Positions 47,638 to 58,407 of a DNA stretch of 64,000 nt are shown here, piece by piece; position 1 is the first letter of the stretch, and each line of letters opens with the position of its first letter. The DNA is from an uncultured Verrucomicrobiae bacterium (GTDB lineage Bacteria > Verrucomicrobiota > Verrucomicrobiia > Limisphaerales > Palsa-1400). Position numbers and translations under genes: made by a program. The stretch spans positions 5,408,001-5,472,000 of the forward strand of contig OY969763.1 in assembly GCA_963702845.1 (NCBI GenBank), written 5' to 3'. The notes beneath the pieces were generated by a model. The model saw only the letters and a program-made list of their open reading frames with translations. It was not told where the DNA came from and did no database searches.

Positions 47638-48051
47638 ATGAAAACTTTATTTACATCAGAAGCCATTTCCAAAGGCGCACGGTCCGGGACAGTTAAAACG
47701 CCGGACGGCTTGCTCGACGTTACGTTGGGAAATCCTTTGGAACCGGGCATTGAGAAACGCGGGCCCAATCCCGAACATCTGTTTGCCGCCGCTTACTCGG
47801 CCTGTTACCACGGGGCGCTGATCAATGCCGCGAAAAAACTGGGCACATCAATGGGTGCCTCAACCGTCCGCGCGCTGGTGAGTTTGATTGAGGATGATCA
47901 AGGGGGCTACCGTTTGTCGGTGGAACTTCATGCGCTGATGCCCGGAGTCGAACATAGCCAAGCCGGACGCATCATGGAAGAAGCGCACAAAACCTGCCCT
48001 TATTCCAAAGCGCTCCGCGGCGATACTGCGGTTGAGTTGTTGGTGGACTAG
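47638..48051 (+). CDS. ohr: Organic hydroperoxide resistance protein (Ohr/OsmC family)
   Basis: GARSG, PNPEHLFAAAYSACY, AHKTCPYSKA. Confidence 0.92.
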   Translation: MKTLFTSEAISKGARSGTVKTPDGLLDVTLGNPLEPGIEKRGPNPEHLFAAAYSACYHGALINAAKKLGTSMGASTVRALVSLIEDDQGGYRLSVELHALMPGVEHSQAGRIMEEAHKTCPYSKALRGDTAVELLVD

Positions 48052-48196
48052 CAGCTCCGCAGGTCATACAGCGTTTCTCTTTAATCGGACGCCGCCCGCC
48101 CGGGAATTCTCCCCAAGGAATAGCCTAGCAGAACATTCCTAGTCGTGGGGTTATGCTCTGTAAAGAGAATATCGGTAATTCAACAATGCGAAATGT

Positions 48197-48511
48197 ATGA
48201 TCTCAAACGAACGCCCCTCGCCATATGGTTCCCCCTCTGAACGGTCGTTCCACGATCGCTCCTATGGGAATGGCCCGCCCAAACCGCGCGCGGACGAAGA
48301 CACGTTAAGAAGGGTAACCTTCAAGATCGAACGCAAAACTTTTATACTTACGCTGAAAGAAAATCCGCGCGGTCGTTTTCTTCGAATCACTGAAGACGTC
48401 AACGGTCGCCGTGACAACGTGATTATTCCTTCGACGGGCCTGGATGAGTTTTCCAAGATCCTGGGCGAGATGGTTAAAGCATCCGCCGAAATTCCGGTGA
48501 AGCCGGCTTAG
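48197..48511 (+). CDS. PUR-family (PurA/DUF3276-like) nucleic-acid-binding protein
   Basis: IERKTFILTLKENPRGRFLRITEDVNGRRDNVIIPSTGLDEF single PUR repeat. Confidence 0.88.
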   Translation: MISNERPSPYGSPSERSFHDRSYGNGPPKPRADEDTLRRVTFKIERKTFILTLKENPRGRFLRITEDVNGRRDNVIIPSTGLDEFSKILGEMVKASAEIPVKPA

Positions 48512-48565
48512 CTGTCGCTGAAAAAATTCCCCGCTGGGGATTAACGCTAGTCGACGACGATCGGA

Positions 48566-48607
48566 AGGGTTACACCCCATAGCGAACGTTCCTGAATGCC
48601 GTAGCAT
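48566..48607 (+). promoter_or_regulatory. Island box plus -10
   Basis: AGGGTTACACCCCAT, 21 bp, TAGCAT. Confidence 0.7.
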
Positions 48608-48614
48608 CGCGGCC

Positions 48615-49160
48615 ATGAATCGATTCATACACAACCAAATCATAATTGCAGCAGCGGTCGCGCTACTTGCATCCACCGCAGCTTTCGCCGAAGGGAGCAC
48701 TGGATATTCCCAATGCGACCTTTACCGTCCGAATGAACTGTCGCTCGACATGTTCGGCACTGCTTCAGTGGGCAAATACACCATTCACCATTTGTCAGGC
48801 GAACGTATCAGAGACAACACCCGGCTGGGCGCGGGTCTGGGCGGCAACTTTTTCTTCACTAAGTACCTCGGCATTGGCGCCGATGTTTATTCGGAAAATC
48901 TGACGGGCGCATTTATCGACAGCGTCTCGGCCAATGTGATTTTCCGTTTTCCATTGGGCAATAGTGGATTTGCTCCTTATGGCTTTGGCGGCGGCGGCCA
49001 TCAGTTCGATCCGGCTGACGTTTGGTTCGCTCAGTTCGGAACCGGCATGGAATATCGCTTCACTCCGAACATCGGTGCGTTCCTGGATGGCCGCATGGTG
49101 TTTCCGAATGAGACAAAATATTTCGGCGTCCTTCGTCTCGGCTTGCGTTTTCCTTTCTAA
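48615..49160 (+). CDS. Small outer-membrane beta-barrel protein
   Basis: Signal peptide, alternating beta strands, APYGFGGGG, C-terminal RLGLRFPF. Confidence 0.85.
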   Translation: MNRFIHNQIIIAAAVALLASTAAFAEGSTGYSQCDLYRPNELSLDMFGTASVGKYTIHHLSGERIRDNTRLGAGLGGNFFFTKYLGIGADVYSENLTGAFIDSVSANVIFRFPLGNSGFAPYGFGGGGHQFDPADVWFAQFGTGMEYRFTPNIGAFLDGRMVFPNETKYFGVLRLGLRFPF

Positions 49161-49179
49161 ATAAACCCAGTTCCATTTG

Positions 49180-49215
49180 AGCGCCGGAGGCAATCCTCCG
49201 GCGCTTTTTGTTTTC
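49180..49215 (+). terminator. Rho-independent terminator
   Basis: AGCGCCGGAGG-caat-CCTCCGGCGCT followed by TTTTGTTTT. Confidence 0.85.
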
Positions 49216-49265
49216 GGGATCGACGTTCGTGGTCCGACAAAATTTGGGACCAACCAACCACGAGT

Positions 49266-49309
49266 AGGGTTTCACCTAATAGGTTTATGCCCTGGTGAAG
49301 ACGTAGCCT
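49266..49309 (+). promoter_or_regulatory. Island box plus -10
   Basis: AGGGTTTCACCTAAT, 23 bp, TAGCCT. Confidence 0.65.
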
Positions 49310-49355
49310 CAGCATTATCAAAAAAGAGCAATCAATCACCAAAACCAAAATCACT

Positions 49356-49799
49356 ATGAAACATAAAGTATTATTCCTCACCCTTCTTTCTGCCGGCGCA
49401 CTTGTCGTCGGATGCAATCAAGACTCCGCCTCGAAGCAACTCGACAAGGTCGAGGTCAAAACGGCAAACGCGGCCGATGACATGAAAGATTACACTTTCG
49501 CGCAGAAAGCAGAATTTACTGCAAAAATGCAGGCGCAGTTGGTCGACATCAACAAGGACCTCGACACGCTCCAGGCCAAGATTGACAAGTCCAGCGACGC
49601 CGTTAAGGCCGAGTGTAAACCCAAGCTTCAAGTCTTGCGCGATCAGCAGTCCGCACTGGGCAAACAACTGGACCAGGTCAAAGACGCGACTGAATCCACC
49701 TGGGACTCCGTCAAATCCGGCACCAGCAAAGCGTACGCTTCCTTGAAAGAAGGCTTCCAACAATCTCGCCAATGGGTAAGCGACAAAATCGCCCCATAA
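49356..49799 (+). CDS. Helical coiled-coil lipoprotein (stress-protein-like)
   Basis: Lipobox LVVGC; amphipathic helices, TESTWDSVKSG. Confidence 0.85.
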   Translation: MKHKVLFLTLLSAGALVVGCNQDSASKQLDKVEVKTANAADDMKDYTFAQKAEFTAKMQAQLVDINKDLDTLQAKIDKSSDAVKAECKPKLQVLRDQQSALGKQLDQVKDATESTWDSVKSGTSKAYASLKEGFQQSRQWVSDKIAP

Positions 49800-49839
49800 G
49801 CTGCGCACAATTTAAGAATCAAAGGAGGTGAGTGCATTT

Positions 49840-49959
49840 ATGGCAAAGAAAAGTCGAGGCGGTCGAATGACTGCCGCTAAGAAACGGGCCGCAAAAGGAC
49901 CCGGTGGAAAAGGAATGGTCAAAAACCGTCCCGCAGGTCGAAAAATCATGAGCACTTAA
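49840..49959 (+). CDS. 39-aa Lys/Arg-rich micropeptide; absent from the ORF track
   Basis: Perfect SD AAAGGAGGTGA; MAKKSRGGRMTAAKKRAAKGPGGKGMVKNRPAGRKIMST; strong hairpin follows. Confidence 0.75.
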   Translation: MAKKSRGGRMTAAKKRAAKGPGGKGMVKNRPAGRKIMST

Positions 49960-49981
49960 TACTGCTCGAATACAAAAACCG

Positions 49982-50021
49982 CTCAAGCGCGCCCAGGTTG
50001 AAAAACCTGGGCGCGCTTGAG
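49982..50021 (+). terminator. Perfect 18-bp stem with GAAA loop
   Basis: ctcaagcgcgcccaggtt-gaaa-aacctgggcgcgcttgag; no U-tract, so possibly an mRNA stabiliser. Confidence 0.55.
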
Positions 50022-50034
50022 GTCACAATAAAAT

Positions 50035-50280
50035 ATGAAACACAGAAGACATCAGGATCAGGATCAGAAACCCCTCGGCACACCACGCTCAACGGCGGTC
50101 GCCGCCCCAGCAACCAACGCCATCCCCCACGCGCTAACGGTCGAAGAAGTGGCCAGAAAAGCATACTTCATCTATTTGAGTCAGGGTTCGCCGCACGGAC
50201 GCGAAATGGATCACTGGCTGTCAGCCGAAGCCGAGTTGATCGCCAATGCCAAACCGAATCAACCGCCATTATTTTCCTGA
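50035..50280 (+). CDS. DUF2934-domain protein
   Basis: EEVARKAYFIYLSQGSPHGREMDHWLSAEAEL. Confidence 0.88.
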   Translation: MKHRRHQDQDQKPLGTPRSTAVAAPATNAIPHALTVEEVARKAYFIYLSQGSPHGREMDHWLSAEAELIANAKPNQPPLFS

Positions 50281-50374
50281 TCGCGCCTTTATGAAAACTG
50301 CCAAGAGGTCGGAAGTACCGGTTTTCGCACAGGCCCTCCATTACATTCGCCAGCGGACCGCGTCGAAGACCGTC

Positions 50375-50497
50375 ATGCCTGGCAAATCAAAGAAGCGCGA
50401 CAATACTTTTTCCAAATCCCGCGACACCCGTGAAGACCGCGGCACCCGCCAGGCCAAGACCATGCATAGTTCACGGACGCAATCGCGCGGGCGCTAA
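50375..50497 (+). CDS. 40-aa basic hydrophilic micropeptide
   Basis: MPGKSKKRDNTFSKSRDTREDRGTRQAKTMHSSRTQSRGR; alternative start at 50291. Confidence 0.5.
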   Translation: MPGKSKKRDNTFSKSRDTREDRGTRQAKTMHSSRTQSRGR

Positions 50498-50537
50498 GGA
50501 GCGCCGCCGAAAAGCTGCTGCCTAAGTGTGCTCAGTA

Positions 50538-50580
50538 AGGGTTACACCCCATTGGGCATTCGAAGCCGATCAACTACTCT
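50538..50580 (+). promoter_or_regulatory. Island box plus -10
   Basis: AGGGTTACACCCCAT, 22 bp, TACTCT. Confidence 0.72.
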
Positions 50581-50630
50581 CTCCTCTGCGCGGAAACTCC
50601 CGTTCGCGGTATCACACGAAAGACACAATT

Positions 50631-51357
50631 ATGAAAAGCAAAACCCTTTTCGTCCGATTCAGTGCAATGAGCGTGTGGCTCGTTAACATTGCTTTGTTCG
50701 CTCAATCCGAAATACCCGGAACAAAAAAGTACGCCACCACCGTCCAAATAGTCGAAACGTCGACTTTACCTCAGGCCATCGTCGTTCGGGTAAGCGGGAA
50801 ATGTGAATATTCAGAGGACGGCACAACTTTCCGGGCCGTAAAAGTAAATAATGTCTTTAAAGAAGGCGTCACTTTCCGGACTGCCGTTAATTCGCGACTA
50901 GATATGTTTTTCAGGAGGATCGGCACCAGCGTTCGGTTGCAAGAAGGCACTGAGGTGAAGCTCGAAAAATTGGAGCGTCACCTGAAAGAAGGAACGCCGC
51001 AAATGGAGACCTTGCTCGACCTGCGCGCGGGCAGAATTTTTACCGTGGTGCGTGCCCTGGTGCCCGGATGCACGTTCGAAATCAATAATGCCGCCGGACG
51101 CTCAGTGGTCGAAGGCGGAGGTGCCGAGGGTAGATACATTATCACCGCCGATGGCACGCATGTGACGGAGAAACACTCCACCACGCCACTTAAATTGATC
51201 CGCGAAACCGGCGTCACCGTCATTGCTCCCGGAATGCGATACGATGCGAAGGAAGGTAAAACATTTTCTCTTCGTCACTCCTGAATCAGTGAAGTCTCTC
51301 ATCGAATTTGATGAGTTGCACTCGCTAGTGGAACAAGAGGACGGGAAGAAAGAATAG
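50631..51357 (+). CDS. Secreted FecR-like beta-domain protein; probable frameshift near 51265
   Basis: Signal peptide; RTAVNSRLDMF...VRLQEGTEVKLE...LDLRAGRIF; an alternative frame continues to TAG 51357. Confidence 0.65.
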
Positions 51358-51383
51358 ATTCAACCAACACCAAAATACACTTT

Positions 51384-52388
51384 ATGAAAAACATTAGATG
51401 CTCCGCAGGCAAAATTGCGATTGCTCTTTGCAGCGCGCTGCTGAACTCCTCAAGTTACGGACAGCCCACTATTGAAGTCAGCGCACCGTCGGTGCACGTG
51501 GCACTACCCTCGATCGAAATTCGCACAGAGAGCGATTTCTACGAACCGCTCGCCCCACAGGGAGAATGGGTTATTGTCGGCTCGTATGGGCGTTGCTGGC
51601 GGCCCGCTCATGTCGCGCGCGATTGGCGTCCTTATTGTAACGGCAATTGGGAGCAGACAGATGCCGGTTGGTACTGGGTCAGCGACGAACCTTGGGCCTG
51701 GGCGACGTATCATTATGGCCGCTGGGATTATACTGACACATTCGGCTGGTATTGGGTACCGCAAATTCAGTGGGCACCGGCTTGGGTATCGTGGCACCAG
51801 GGCGGCGGTTATATTGGCTGGGCGCCATTGCAACCGTCCGTAAGAATTTCCGCTAGCGGTTACGTCGGATTCAACCAGAGCAGACTCCCGGCTCGCGCCT
51901 ATGTCTTCGTGCAACCCGGTCACTTTCTGGAACCGGTCCGCCCCACAACAGTGGTTGTGAATACAACCACGATCATCAACAAGACCGTCATTATCTCGAA
52001 CACGAAGGTCGTAAACAACACCGTCATTAACGGCGGCCCGGCCACAGCGGTTATCGAAAAAGCCAGTGGCCGAAAAGTCCAGGCGGTTGCCGTCCACCAA
52101 TTGCGCCAAAGGGAAGAAGCGCCGGTCGCTCAACATGGCTCCGCTACTCACGCCGCGAATACGAAGTCCGCTCCCGGTGGTGTGGAACCTCGAACTACGG
52201 TCACTCATCCTGCGCCAATTAAAGAAGCAGCGGGTAAGAAATTCGATGGCCAACTTCAAAAACAAGCGAAGCCTGTCAAACAACAAAAGCAACCGGCGCA
52301 CGAAGAACAGCACGTCCACGAACAACCGGCTGCACGTGAAAGACAGGAAGCGAACCCCAATTCGGAAAAAGAACACGGAAAGCCCTGA
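51384..52388 (+). CDS. DUF6600-domain secreted protein
   Basis: FYEPLAPQGEW...WRPYCNGNW...GWYWVSDEPWAWATYHYGRW...WAPAWVSW...GWAPL; low-complexity tail. Confidence 0.85.
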   Translation: MKNIRCSAGKIAIALCSALLNSSSYGQPTIEVSAPSVHVALPSIEIRTESDFYEPLAPQGEWVIVGSYGRCWRPAHVARDWRPYCNGNWEQTDAGWYWVSDEPWAWATYHYGRWDYTDTFGWYWVPQIQWAPAWVSWHQGGGYIGWAPLQPSVRISASGYVGFNQSRLPARAYVFVQPGHFLEPVRPTTVVVNTTTIINKTVIISNTKVVNNTVINGGPATAVIEKASGRKVQAVAVHQLRQREEAPVAQHGSATHAANTKSAPGGVEPRTTVTHPAPIKEAAGKKFDGQLQKQAKPVKQQKQPAHEEQHVHEQPAARERQEANPNSEKEHGKP

Positions 52389-52647
52389 TCGTATGCAACC
52401 AACTTTGATCGACAAAGAACCGTCACGAAGCCACCATACCCTCACCAAACCTAAACGAGTCGGCGCGTCCGTCGGTTTAAGTTTGGTTTGTTGGTTTTTG
52501 ATGGGGCCGCCAGGATGCGTTTCGCCCGGCGGTTTGCCACATCCGCCCGGTTTAGGCGCGGTAGGCCAACACAACAAAGCACTCGTAAGGATGACCGAGA
52601 GCCTGGCACCCCGTGAGAATGCCGTGTTCTAAGGTTAAAAATTGTCT

Positions 52648-53985
52648 ATGAAATTATCCCAACGCCTCGGCGGAAAAATAGCGATTGTGACATGCAGCGC
52701 TTTAACAGCCTGCACGACCTATGTCGAACAGCCGCGTCCACGGGAAGTCTACGTCGCACCGCCACCACCAGTCTACGAACAACCTGCGCCCGTAGTAGTG
52801 GAGCCTGTCGCGTCGGTCGGAGTTGTCATTCAAACCGAAGCTGATTTTTATGAGCCACTCACTCCTTACGGAACGTGGGAAGTGGTTCCTGGTTATGGCC
52901 GTTGTTGGGTTCCGAGAAATGTCGATCGCAACTGGCGTCCGTATTGCAACGGTAACTGGGAGCGCACTGACGCGGGTTGGTATTGGCAGAGCGACGAACC
53001 GTGGGCATGGGCGACATATCACTATGGTCGCTGGGACTTGAGCCCACAATTTGGCTGGTATTGGGTGCCGCAAACACAATGGTCGCCAGCGTGGGTTTCG
53101 TGGCACGAAGGCGGCGGTTATGTCGGCTGGGCGCCGTTGCAACCAAGCCAGAGATTTTCGGGCGGCGCGATGGTGGTGAATGTTGCGGTCATCGCACCGC
53201 AAGCTTATGTCTTTGTCGAACCCCGGTATTTCATGCAGCCCGTTCGTCCAACGACTGTGGTTATCAATAACACCACCATCATCAACAAGACGGTAAACAT
53301 CACGAATATTAAAATCGTAAACAACACCGTGATCAACGAAGGGCCGCGCACGCAAATCATCGAACAGGCGAGCGGAACTACAGTGCGTTCGGTTCCAGCT
53401 CGTGACTTGCGTCGCAAACAGGAGGCTGCCGTTGTGGTCCGTAGACCAGCAGCGCCAGTAGCTCGCGAAAAAGTTCAAAAGAACATTCCACCACCGGCCC
53501 GAGTTGAAATTCAGCCGCGTCCAACCACAAATCCGGCGGACGCGCAACGTCGCGCGAATGAAGCCCAGGTGCGAGCGCATCAACAAGCAACGCTCGACGC
53601 AAAACAAGCCGAACTTCAAGCGCAACGCAACGAGGCCGAAACGAAACGAGCAGCCTTGGCCGAATCTCAAAAACAGGCGAGAGAAGCCGGAGTGAAAGCA
53701 CAGCAACAAGCGCGTGTCGACGCCAACGAAGCCCGACTTGAGGCACAACGGAAATCCGTCGAGGCCGCGAAGCTGAAACCTGTGTCTCCCCGCGCCAAAG
53801 AAACCCCGACCAATTTGCGTCCACCCGTCGCGCCGCAATCACAGCAAGCGTTGCAACAACCACACGGCAAACAAAATCTGAACGCGAAAAACGTGCCGCA
53901 GAAGAACGGTAAGAAATTTCAGCCAGCGGCGGAAAAACCTGCTGCCGATACTCGCACGCTCGAACCGGTTTCGGAGAAAAAGTAG
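52648..53985 (+). CDS. DUF6600-domain lipoprotein (paralog)
   Basis: Lipobox LTAC; same Trp-rich domain; Gln/Ala-rich coiled tail. Confidence 0.85.
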   Translation: MKLSQRLGGKIAIVTCSALTACTTYVEQPRPREVYVAPPPPVYEQPAPVVVEPVASVGVVIQTEADFYEPLTPYGTWEVVPGYGRCWVPRNVDRNWRPYCNGNWERTDAGWYWQSDEPWAWATYHYGRWDLSPQFGWYWVPQTQWSPAWVSWHEGGGYVGWAPLQPSQRFSGGAMVVNVAVIAPQAYVFVEPRYFMQPVRPTTVVINNTTIINKTVNITNIKIVNNTVINEGPRTQIIEQASGTTVRSVPARDLRRKQEAAVVVRRPAAPVAREKVQKNIPPPARVEIQPRPTTNPADAQRRANEAQVRAHQQATLDAKQAELQAQRNEAETKRAALAESQKQAREAGVKAQQQARVDANEARLEAQRKSVEAAKLKPVSPRAKETPTNLRPPVAPQSQQALQQPHGKQNLNAKNVPQKNGKKFQPAAEKPAADTRTLEPVSEKK

Positions 53986-54051
53986 TCGCGCCGGGCCAGA
54001 TTAGCCGGTGCTTGGATGCAAGACGGACCGTGCGCGCTAAAGTTAAAATTC

Positions 54052-56731
54052 ATGACCCCAGTTGCATTACCGAATACCTCCGCTGAAAAACAGCGCATCG
54101 CCGACGACAAATCAGGCAAACAAAACTGGCGGCAATGGGGGCCATATTTGTCCGAACGGCAATGGGGAACCGTGCGCGAGGATTATTCGCCCGACGGCGA
54201 CGGCGTGGGATTATTTTCCGCACGAGCACGCACGGAGCAGAGCATATCGCTGGGGCGAGGACGGCATAGCAGGTTTCAGCGACAATTGGCAGCACCTTTG
54301 TTTTTCGCTGGCGCTCTGGAACGGCAAGGATCCGATTCTTAAAGAGCGGCTTTTCGGCCTCAACAACGCCGAAGGCAATCACGGCGAGGACGTGAAGGAA
54401 CTATACTATTATCTCGACGCCACCCCGACGCATTCCTACCTGAAGATGCTCTACAAATATCCGCAGGGAGAATTTCCCTATGCGCGGCTCGTTGATGAGA
54501 ACAGCCGTCGTGGCGCGGATCAGCCAGAATTTGAATTGCTCGACGCCGGTATGTTCGATGAAGACCGTTACTTCGATGTATTTGTCGAATATGTCAAAGC
54601 CGCGCCGGACGACATTTTAGTTTTGATAACGGTTCACAACCGCGGGCCGGAAGCGGCAAAACTTTCGCTGCTGCCACAACTGTTTTTTCGGAACACCTGG
54701 TCCTGGAAATCAAATTCGTCCAAGCCGAAACTCACAGCGGAAAACGGCGGCGTTAAAATTGAACACAGCCAATTGGGAAATTTCCAACTCGATTGCGACG
54801 GCAACCCGACGTTGCTTTTTTGCGAGAACGAAACGAATGTCCGCCGGCTTTTTGGCGAGCGGGACGCGCCAGGTTTTTTCAAAGACGCATTCCACGAATA
54901 CATTGTCGACGGCAATCACAGCGCGGTAAATCCGAAACAGACCGGAACAAAAGCCGGGGCGCTGTATGAATTGAACGTTGCGGCGAACGGTTCAGCAACG
55001 GTGCGATTGCGGCTAAGAAAATCAGAGGCCTCTTCCCAAAATCCATGGACAGACTTCGATAAAAGTTTTTCTGAACGCAAACGGGAAGCGGACGAATTTT
55101 ACGCCGCGTTGCAGGTAAAAATTACGGACGCCGATGCGCGGCTCGTCCAGCGCCAGGCTTTCGCCGGACTGATTTGGAGCAAACAATTTTTCCATTACGA
55201 CGTTGATCTTTGGTTGCGAGGCGACCCTGCGCAACCGCCGCCGCCAGCGCAACGCAAACGTGGTCGCAACTGCGATTGGAAACATTTGAACAACGCGGAA
55301 ATCATTTCCATGCCCGACAAATGGGAATATCCGTGGTTTGCAGCGTGGGACTTGGCGTTTCATTGCATCGCCTTCGCGGAAATTGATTCCGAATTTGCCA
55401 AATCGCAACTGCTCATGCTCACGCGCGAATGGTATATGCACCCCAACGGCCAATTGCCCGCTTACGAATGGGCGTTCGGCGACGTGAATCCGCCCGTGCA
55501 CGCATGGTCGGCCTTTCGCGTGTTTGAAATCGACCGACGGCAGCGGCGGGAAGCCGATCCAAAAGACGCAGGCGATTTGATGTTTCTGGAGCGCGTGTTT
55601 CAAAAATTGCTTTTGAATTTCACGTGGTGGGTCAATCGCAAAGACGCGCAAGGACGGAATATTTTCCAAGGAGGATTTCTCGGGCTCGACAATATCGGCG
55701 TGTTCGACCGCAGCAAACCGTTGCCGACCGGCGGCTTCATCAATCAAGCCGATGGCACGAGTTGGATGGCGATGTATTGCCTGAACCTCTTGCGCATTGC
55801 TCTGGAACTGGCGTTGCACAATCACGTTTATGAAGATATCGCCACTAAGTTTTTCGAGCACTTTCTGGCAATCGCCGGCGCCATTAATGGCGTTGGTGAC
55901 GATGCGCTCGGACTTTGGGACGAAGCCGACCAATTCTACTACGACCATCTCAATTTAACAGACGGCGAAAATGTGCCGATGAAAATTCAATCCGCTGTCG
56001 GGCTGATTCCATTGCTGGCCGTCGAAACGCTTGAGCCGGACATGCTCAAACAATTGCCCGAATTTTCCGCGCGGATGGAATGGTATCTCAAGCATCGCCC
56101 GCAATTGGCAGCGTTGATTTCCGATTGGAAAATTCCCGGCGCCGGCGACCGCCGTCTACTTTCTTTGCTGCGCGGCCATCGCATGAAAGCGTTGCTCAAA
56201 CGGATGCTTGATGAAACGCAGTTCCTGTCCGCTCAAGGCGTGCGCTCCGTTTCAAAAGTTCATGAGCAACATCCTTTTCGTTTTGACGCCGGAGGACAAA
56301 CTTACGAAGTGAAATATTGGCCTGCCGAATCAGAAAGCCGAGTGTTCGGCGGCAATTCCAATTGGCGCGGCCCGGTTTGGATGCCGATCAATTATCTCAT
56401 CATCGAGGCGCTGCAAAAATTCCATCACTATTACGGCGACGATTTTAAAATCGAATGTCCAACCGGCTCGGGAAAATTTATGAGCATCAAAGACGTGTCC
56501 AATGAATTGTCGCGCCGGCTCACAAAACTATGTTTGAAAGGCGGCGACGGCCAACGCCCCGTTTTGAAAAGTCATCCGAAACTCGCGGGCGATCCGCATT
56601 TTAAGGATTACATTTTGTTCCACGAATATTTTCACGGCGACAACGGTCGCGGCGTTGGCGCATCGCATCAGACCGGTTGGACGGCCCTGGTAGGCAAGCT
56701 GCTTTGTCCTCGAGAATCGCGCCCGAATTAA
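54052..56731 (+). CDS. MGH1/GH63-like glucosidase; frameshift near 54200
   Basis: WGPYLSERQWGTVREDYS, GNHGEDVKE, MPDKWEYPWFAAWDLAFH, GGNSNWRGPVW, EYFHGDNGRGVGASHQTGWT. Confidence 0.92.
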
Positions 56732-56749
56732 ATTGAACTGAAAACAACT

Positions 56750-57517
56750 ATGAATTTAAAAGACAAAGTCGCCATCGTCACCGGCGGCAACAGCGGCATC
56801 GGCAAGGCCATCGTTTTGGAATTGGCGCGGGAAGGTGCAAATATCGTCATTGATTACGTCGCGCATCCCGAAGCGACTGAAGAATTGGAAAAACAAATTC
56901 GTGCGTTAGGCGATAACGTCATCGGCGTAAAAGCGGACGTCAGTCAAACCGCCGAACTGCAAAACCTATTCGCAACGGCCTTAAAAGAATTTGGCCGCGT
57001 GGACATCATGGTCAACAACGCCGGCATTGAAACGCGCACTTCCATTCTCGACACGACCGAAGCCCAATACGAACGCGTTCTGGCCATCAATCTCAAGAGT
57101 GCATTTTTCGGCACACAACTCGCCGCGCAACAAATGATCAAACAAGGCGGAGGCGGACGCATCATCAATATCACTTCCGTGCATGAAGACTGGCCGATGC
57201 CGGGCAATACGGCTTATTGTCTTTCCAAAGGCGGAATGAGGATGTTGACGCGCACGGCGGGCGTCGAGCTTGCCCCGCACAATATTTTGGTCGTTGGCGT
57301 CGGTCCTGGCGCGGTCGCAACGCCGATCAATTCGGGCACGATGAATGACCCGGCGCTTTTGAAAAAACTCGACAGCACAATTCCGCTCGGACGAATGGCC
57401 AAGCCGGAGGAAATTGCCAGCCTCGTCGCATTTCTCGCGAGCGACGGCGCCAGTTACATTACCGCGACAACTATTTTTGCCGATGGCGGCATTATGCAGA
57501 GCGGTCCTGGACTGTAA
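56750..57517 (+). CDS. SDR oxidoreductase, glucose 1-dehydrogenase-like
   Basis: TGGNSGIG, NNAG, SVHE, YCLSKGG, PGAVATPIN. Confidence 0.92.
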   Translation: MNLKDKVAIVTGGNSGIGKAIVLELAREGANIVIDYVAHPEATEELEKQIRALGDNVIGVKADVSQTAELQNLFATALKEFGRVDIMVNNAGIETRTSILDTTEAQYERVLAINLKSAFFGTQLAAQQMIKQGGGGRIINITSVHEDWPMPGNTAYCLSKGGMRMLTRTAGVELAPHNILVVGVGPGAVATPINSGTMNDPALLKKLDSTIPLGRMAKPEEIASLVAFLASDGASYITATTIFADGGIMQSGPGL

Positions 57518-57544
57518 AATCCACCTGCATCCGCTCGTCACAAC

Positions 57545-57589
57545 TGGGGTGAACACCCCATGCCGCCGAACGCGCTGGAAAGTTATAGT
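57545..57589 (+). promoter_or_regulatory. Island box plus -10
   Basis: TGGGGTGAACACCCCAT, 22 bp, TATAGT. Confidence 0.75.
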
Positions 57590-57598
57590 TGGAGAGTT

Positions 57599-58405
57599 AT
57601 GTCTCCAAATCCTTCCCTCAACGTAGTCGGCAGGTTGGGCGCGGGAGTTTGGGGGCTGTGGGATCAATTGCGGCATATTGCGGCAGTTGTGGGAACCGTC
57701 CTTTTAGTTTCCGTTCAGCCGCGAAATTGGGTGGCATCGGTTCGGAAAGCCTTTTCCATGCAAGTGCTGTCGATCGGCATCGAACCGCTTTGGTTTGTTG
57801 GCGTGGCAGCAGTGTTCGTCGGCATTTCAGTTGTCGTCCAACTTTCATTTTGGAGCGGCATCGCCGGTCAGTCGCAAATGGTCGGGCCGCTGTTGGTAAC
57901 AGTCATCGCCCGCGAACTTGGTCCGGTGCTAATCAACCTCATCGTCATTGTCCGCAGCGGCAGCTCTATGACGACCGAACTAGGCGTCCTGAAAATCAAC
58001 GGGCAAGTGCGCGCGCTGGAGAAGCAACGATGCGATCCATTCCTGCACCTGGTTTTGCCGCGTGTGCTGGGTATGGCGGTCTCCACGTTTTGTCTGACGA
58101 TTGTCTTTATCATCATTGCGTTCGCGAGCGGTTATTTTTTCGCGGCATGGATGGGCAAAGGCAGCCGTGATTTATTTCTGTTCGTCGATAGCGTGGCCAG
58201 CGCGCTTCAGTTCAAGGACGTCTTGAATATTCTCGCCAAAAGTATTTTACCCGCACTGTTTGCGAGCGCCTGCTGTTGTATCGGCGGGCTGGGCGTGGGC
58301 GGATCGGATACGGAAATTCCGCAAGCGACGCAACGGGCGCTGACCTGGTCGATGGCTGGGCTGTTCGTCATCTCCGCGGCAGTATCGGTTCTCACTTATT
58401 TCTGA
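57599..58405 (+). CDS. MlaE-family ABC permease
   Basis: ARELGPVL..LIVIVRSGSSMTTELG.LKINGQVRAL...P...LVLPR. Confidence 0.9.
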   Translation: MSPNPSLNVVGRLGAGVWGLWDQLRHIAAVVGTVLLVSVQPRNWVASVRKAFSMQVLSIGIEPLWFVGVAAVFVGISVVVQLSFWSGIAGQSQMVGPLLVTVIARELGPVLINLIVIVRSGSSMTTELGVLKINGQVRALEKQRCDPFLHLVLPRVLGMAVSTFCLTIVFIIIAFASGYFFAAWMGKGSRDLFLFVDSVASALQFKDVLNILAKSILPALFASACCCIGGLGVGGSDTEIPQATQRALTWSMAGLFVISAAVSVLTYF

Positions 58406-58407
58406 TT

